Source: Pseudobdellovibrionaceae bacterium (GTDB lineage Bacteria > Bdellovibrionota > Bdellovibrionia > Bdellovibrionales > Bdellovibrionaceae). Taken from it: a stretch of 12,500 nucleotides of DNA. Where the stretch lies: the NCBI GenBank assembly GCA_044359815.1, contig JBIKLL010000078.1:1-12500 (forward strand), in the 5' to 3' direction. Each line of letters starts with the position of its first letter. Positions within the stretch are counted from its first letter, which is position 1. The position numbers and the translations under genes are program-made. Of the stretch, positions 9,579 through 12,500 are shown in pieces. A model generated the notes under the pieces. It did not search any database. It saw nothing but the letters and a program-made list of their open reading frames with translations, and was not told the origin of the DNA.

Positions 9579-10334
9579 TTACGGAGCCTTACGCAGCCTG
9601 ACAAGGACTTTCTTAGATAAGTTTGCATCAATGACGCGCGCTTGCAGTTTCTTGCTATCAAGATACTCGAGCACTTGTGATGCTCTAGAAATTTTTTGTT
9701 CAAACATTTCTTCACCCAATCTGACGACAGCAGAATTTCCAATCAGCACTAATTGAAAACCTTTTTGATTGTCATAGCGAATTTCAGAAACTTTTGCTGA
9801 ACTGATGTTACCAGATTCAGGTAATGATTTATAAAGTTCGATCGCTTTTTTTCTGATGTCTTTGTTTTTTTCAAGCACTTCACCGATCAATAAAATTTTG
9901 TCTGGCAATTTTAAATTTGTTGTTACGGCCAACAAATCTCCATCCGCAGTCACTGGTCGATAACCACCGCCGCGTTTGACATAAATCAACGCAATTTTTT
10001 TGGGTTTGATTTCTATCAAAACCCTTGCTGGCCAGGTTTTCCGGACTTGATGATCAGCGATCCAATCTTGGGTTTTAATGATTGAAGAAAAAGATTCCAG
10101 ATTGATTTCCCACAACGATTGCCCCACAAACTGTTGCAGCAGAAATTGAAGCTCATTTATTTTTGGCGAAAAAAAGGAATCCCCGATATCAGCTTTTTCA
10201 AGCTGCCAATTGATTTCGACAATTCTAAAAAAACCTTTTTGATTTAAAAAATAAAGTCCGCCCAAAAAAACTGCTGGAAACAAACCAAGCACCAACAAAA
10301 TAACTGCAATTCTTTTGATCCAATTTTTTTTCAT
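9579..10334 (-). CDS. ftsQ: Cell division protein FtsQ/DivIB
   Basis: Short basic N-tail, single TM, POTRA-like WIADHQVRKTWPARVLIEI, C-terminal VIDANLSKKVLVR; upstream of ftsA; AAGGGG RBS. Confidence 0.9.
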   Translation of the reverse strand: MKKNWIKRIAVILLVLGLFPAVFLGGLYFLNQKGFFRIVEINWQLEKADIGDSFFSPKINELQFLLQQFVGQSLWEINLESFSSIIKTQDWIADHQVRKTWPARVLIEIKPKKIALIYVKRGGGYRPVTADGDLLAVTTNLKLPDKILLIGEVLEKNKDIRKKAIELYKSLPESGNISSAKVSEIRYDNQKGFQLVLIGNSAVVRLGEEMFEQKISRASQVLEYLDSKKLQARVIDANLSKKVLVRLRKAP

Positions 10335-10574
10335 AAAGGTTCCCCTTATAGTTTTGATTTTAAAAAGGGCATCAATCCAGATTTTTATGTTTCGAATCTA
10401 AGTTTCTGGATTTTTGTCTGGTGAGCACAGCGTTGTGCTTATTGGCCCGATAAGATCTTATGTTAAGCACAGTTAATTTTTGCAAAAATCCCTGAATCTT
10501 AATCAGAGAATCAGTTTTTATTTCCATTTCCATTGGGAGGGTTTAGATTTTTGTCTTTCAAAAGAGGGGACCTA

Positions 10575-10979
10575 ATGAGAAATAATTTTTTGCAGTTTAA
10601 TGTTTTGGCTCGTGCTTTGGCTTGTGCAGTGTTTTTCGCAGCATCGATGGGCTTTATCAGCAATGCCACGGCCGCTGATTTAAAAAGGGTCGGCCGCGAA
10701 TTAGCGATTTATTTTGAATTCAAAAATGTTTTAGCGGAAATTACTGACACAGATTCTGACGAACTGGATGAAGACACTTCTTTGCAGCTGTCAGGAAGCC
10801 CTCAGCAAGTAGCAATGCTTTTAGTCACTCGCCTGGGTACCAAAGAAGATTCAAAAATTTCGATGATAGATTTTGACGTGCAAGAATTTGGCAATTCCAT
10901 TGCAAAAAACTGCGCCGACACCAGCCGCGTCGTCTACACACCCATGTGCCTTTTTGATTCCCTAAAGGAATCTCTTTAA
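10575..10979 (+). CDS. Small acidic secreted hypothetical protein (134 aa)
   Basis: GAGGGG RBS just before ATG 10575, preferred to TTG 10533; signal peptide ending ATA-A; a pair of Cys near the C-terminus. Confidence 0.75.
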   Translation: MRNNFLQFNVLARALACAVFFAASMGFISNATAADLKRVGRELAIYFEFKNVLAEITDTDSDELDEDTSLQLSGSPQQVAMLLVTRLGTKEDSKISMIDFDVQEFGNSIAKNCADTSRVVYTPMCLFDSLKESL

Positions 10980-11001
10980 AACAAAAAAGAATTTTTAAAA
11001 G

Positions 11002-11495
11002 CCGAATCATAGATACAAAAATTTTAAAAATATTAGATGGCCCACTTGGCTGCAGTAAATTTAAATTTTAAAAAATATTTCTATATTTTCATACCTTGTG
11101 AATACATTTGCGAGCGCGCATGGCATATCTGGTGATGCGTAAATGCAAAGGTAATTTTTTTCACTATTTTTAGACACTCGCTAACGGCCGCGGGCTCATC
11201 TCTCGTATTGAGTCATTTAGATTAATCAGTTTTACGATAATTTATTAATCGTAAAACTGATTAATCTAAATGACTCAACACCAGATATGCCCCGCACGCT
11301 CGCTGCATGTGTCTAAAAACAGTAAAAACAAATTACTTTTGCATTTATGCAATACGAGAGATGAGCTTGCGGCCGTTAGCAAGTATTCTCAAGGTATGAA
11401 AATATAGAAATATTTTTTAAAATTTAAATTTACTGCAGCCAAGTGGGTAATCTGTATAAAAACGTATAACTTAAATTTTTGTATCTAAGATTCGG
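11002..11495. repeat. Modular ~495 bp inverted-repeat element with permuted inner modules (structured ncRNA, ssDNA or MITE-like; class unknown)
   Basis: Manual reverse-complement alignment: A0 11002-11024/11473-11495 (22/23); A 11041-11105/11383-11447 (64/65); B 11110-11134/11279-11303 (22/25); C 11136-11177/11309-11351 (about 37/43, one indel); D 11180-11210/11350-11380 (29/31); E 11208-11238/11248-11278 (31/31), 9-nt loop. Confidence 0.95.
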
Positions 11496-11504
11496 TTTCT
11501 GCGA

Positions 11505-12500
11505 TTACCAAGTCGTGGGAATAAATCCAGGAGGCAAAAAGAACACGCCGGTCTGATACATGATGTTTATCGTCCTTCCGGTTGTGCTGCGCAGATCGCG
11601 CCCCTTTGGCGAACCATTGTCGACGATAAATCTTCCGCTGTCACCTGCAGCTATGTATGTATGCCCCGGTGAATTTCCTGTACCATTCATTAGAAAAGCT
11701 CCGATTGGTGGTCGGTACTGAGTTGAATCCCATGGGATAAAACCTGCACGGCTCAGATACATTGAAAAATTCACGACGGCAGCTGCTCCATTTGAATACG
11801 TCAGTTTGTTATTTTTTGCAGAATTAAAATCATCTGTGTGCTTAAACCCAGCTCTTTTATATGCCTGCCTTAAAAGCTCAGACATAAATTCTGCGCAAGG
11901 TACATTGGCAAAACCATGCCTGGTCGCTGTTCCCAAAACAGCCACCGACCAAGCACCCCACAAGGGCACTGTGCCTTTTTGTTCGAACTGCAAAGACAAT
12001 TTTTGAGCTTCCTTTTTATCAATCGCTAAATATTTTTTCATGGATGCCTGAGTTCTGTTTGAAACAGCAACAAGCTCTTTCATAATTTTATTCCATTTAC
12101 TTTGTTGTTGAGTCGGCAACTGACTCATTGGAATGGCTTTATTGACCAATCCGGGGAATCGTTTTCGAATGCTGCTTGAATAGCTGAATTTTGGCTTTCC
12201 TGTGATTTGATAATACTGCAAAAAGCCTTCTCCAGGTTGAGCCGCACTGAGTGGTGTAAAAAAGCTTCCAGGTCCCAACAGCTCCGAAGCTATTGTCGCC
12301 GTGATAAATAATCCGCCGGGTGTTTGCTGAATTTCTGCAATTTTTCCGGCTGACAGCTTTGCAGGATCACCACTTTTTATGATCACTACATTTCCAAAAA
12401 AACCTGTTGATGAAAACGCAACCTGACCATTGTCTTTTCTGTAATTATAATTAACTGGCGAGGAATTTGAGGGAACTTCAATTTCAGTTCCAGCAGGAGC
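11505..12500 (-). CDS. Putative papain-fold Cys-His peptidoglycan amidase/peptidase (NlpC/P60, CHAP or Tae-like), 5' end outside the window
   Basis: The frame stays open from 12386 to the window end (APAGTEIEVPSN...); C-terminal domain with CAEFMSELLRQAYKRAG and PGHTYIAAG...IVDNG, the usual catalytic Cys/His arrangement. Confidence 0.65.
   Translation of the reverse strand, partial: APAGTEIEVPSNSSPVNYNYRKDNGQVAFSSTGFFGNVVIIKSGDPAKLSAGKIAEIQQTPGGLFITATIASELLGPGSFFTPLSAAQPGEGFLQYYQITGKPKFSYSSSIRKRFPGLVNKAIPMSQLPTQQQSKWNKIMKELVAVSNRTQASMKKYLAIDKKEAQKLSLQFEQKGTVPLWGAWSVAVLGTATRHGFANVPCAEFMSELLRQAYKRAGFKHTDDFNSAKNNKLTYSNGAAAVVNFSMYLSRAGFIPWDSTQYRPPIGAFLMNGTGNSPGHTYIAAGDSGRFIVDNGSPKGRDLRSTTGRTINIMYQTGVFFLPPGFIPTTW

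Noticed and set aside
6896..9756. Series of + strand ORFs antisense to ftsZ, ftsA and ftsQ
   Set aside because: Shadow ORFs opposite well-conserved genes, with no RBS or recognisable motifs.
10443..10468. dif-like site (…GATAA-gatc-TTATGTTAAGC)
   Set aside because: The XerD-like arm matches TTATGTTAA, but the spacer after ATAA is 4 bp rather than the 6 bp required.
11208..11278. Protelomerase hairpin-telomere target
   Set aside because: Such sites are palindromic through the centre, whereas this has an asymmetric 9-nt spacer; no protelomerase in the window.
11002..11495. CRISPR array, attC array or simple bidirectional terminator
   Set aside because: No identical direct repeats with unique spacers, no cas or intI gene, and far too long and modular for a terminator.
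10825..12006. ORFs 10825-11010 (-) and 11806-12006 (+)
   Set aside because: Antisense overlaps of supported genes; no evidence they are the element's mobilising protein.

Overview
Bacterial chromosomal window, probably Bdellovibrionota-like (inferred from the FtsZ N-terminus [23 protein letters not shown] and the style of the secreted hypotheticals). Left to right: a (CAAT)x24+ tract running off the window edge; a + strand operon of a beta-barrel outer-membrane protein, a polytopic GT-C-like membrane protein and a DUF2723/TMEM260-family glycosyltransferase; then, on the - strand, ftsQ-ftsA-ftsZ-lpxH-like, a lipoprotein and a Cys/Ser-rich surface protein; a divergent small secreted protein; and a 5'-truncated Cys-His (NlpC/P60/CHAP-like) amidase. 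The standout is a ~495 bp non-coding element (11002-11495) that fills a convergent intergenic gap. It is almost entirely self-complementary, but its modules are ordered A0-A-B-C-D-E-loop-E'-B'-C'-D'-A'-A0'. B, C and D therefore pair in a crossed rather than nested order, which fits a rod with two mutually complementary bubbles or a three-helix bundle closed by two 4-way junctions.
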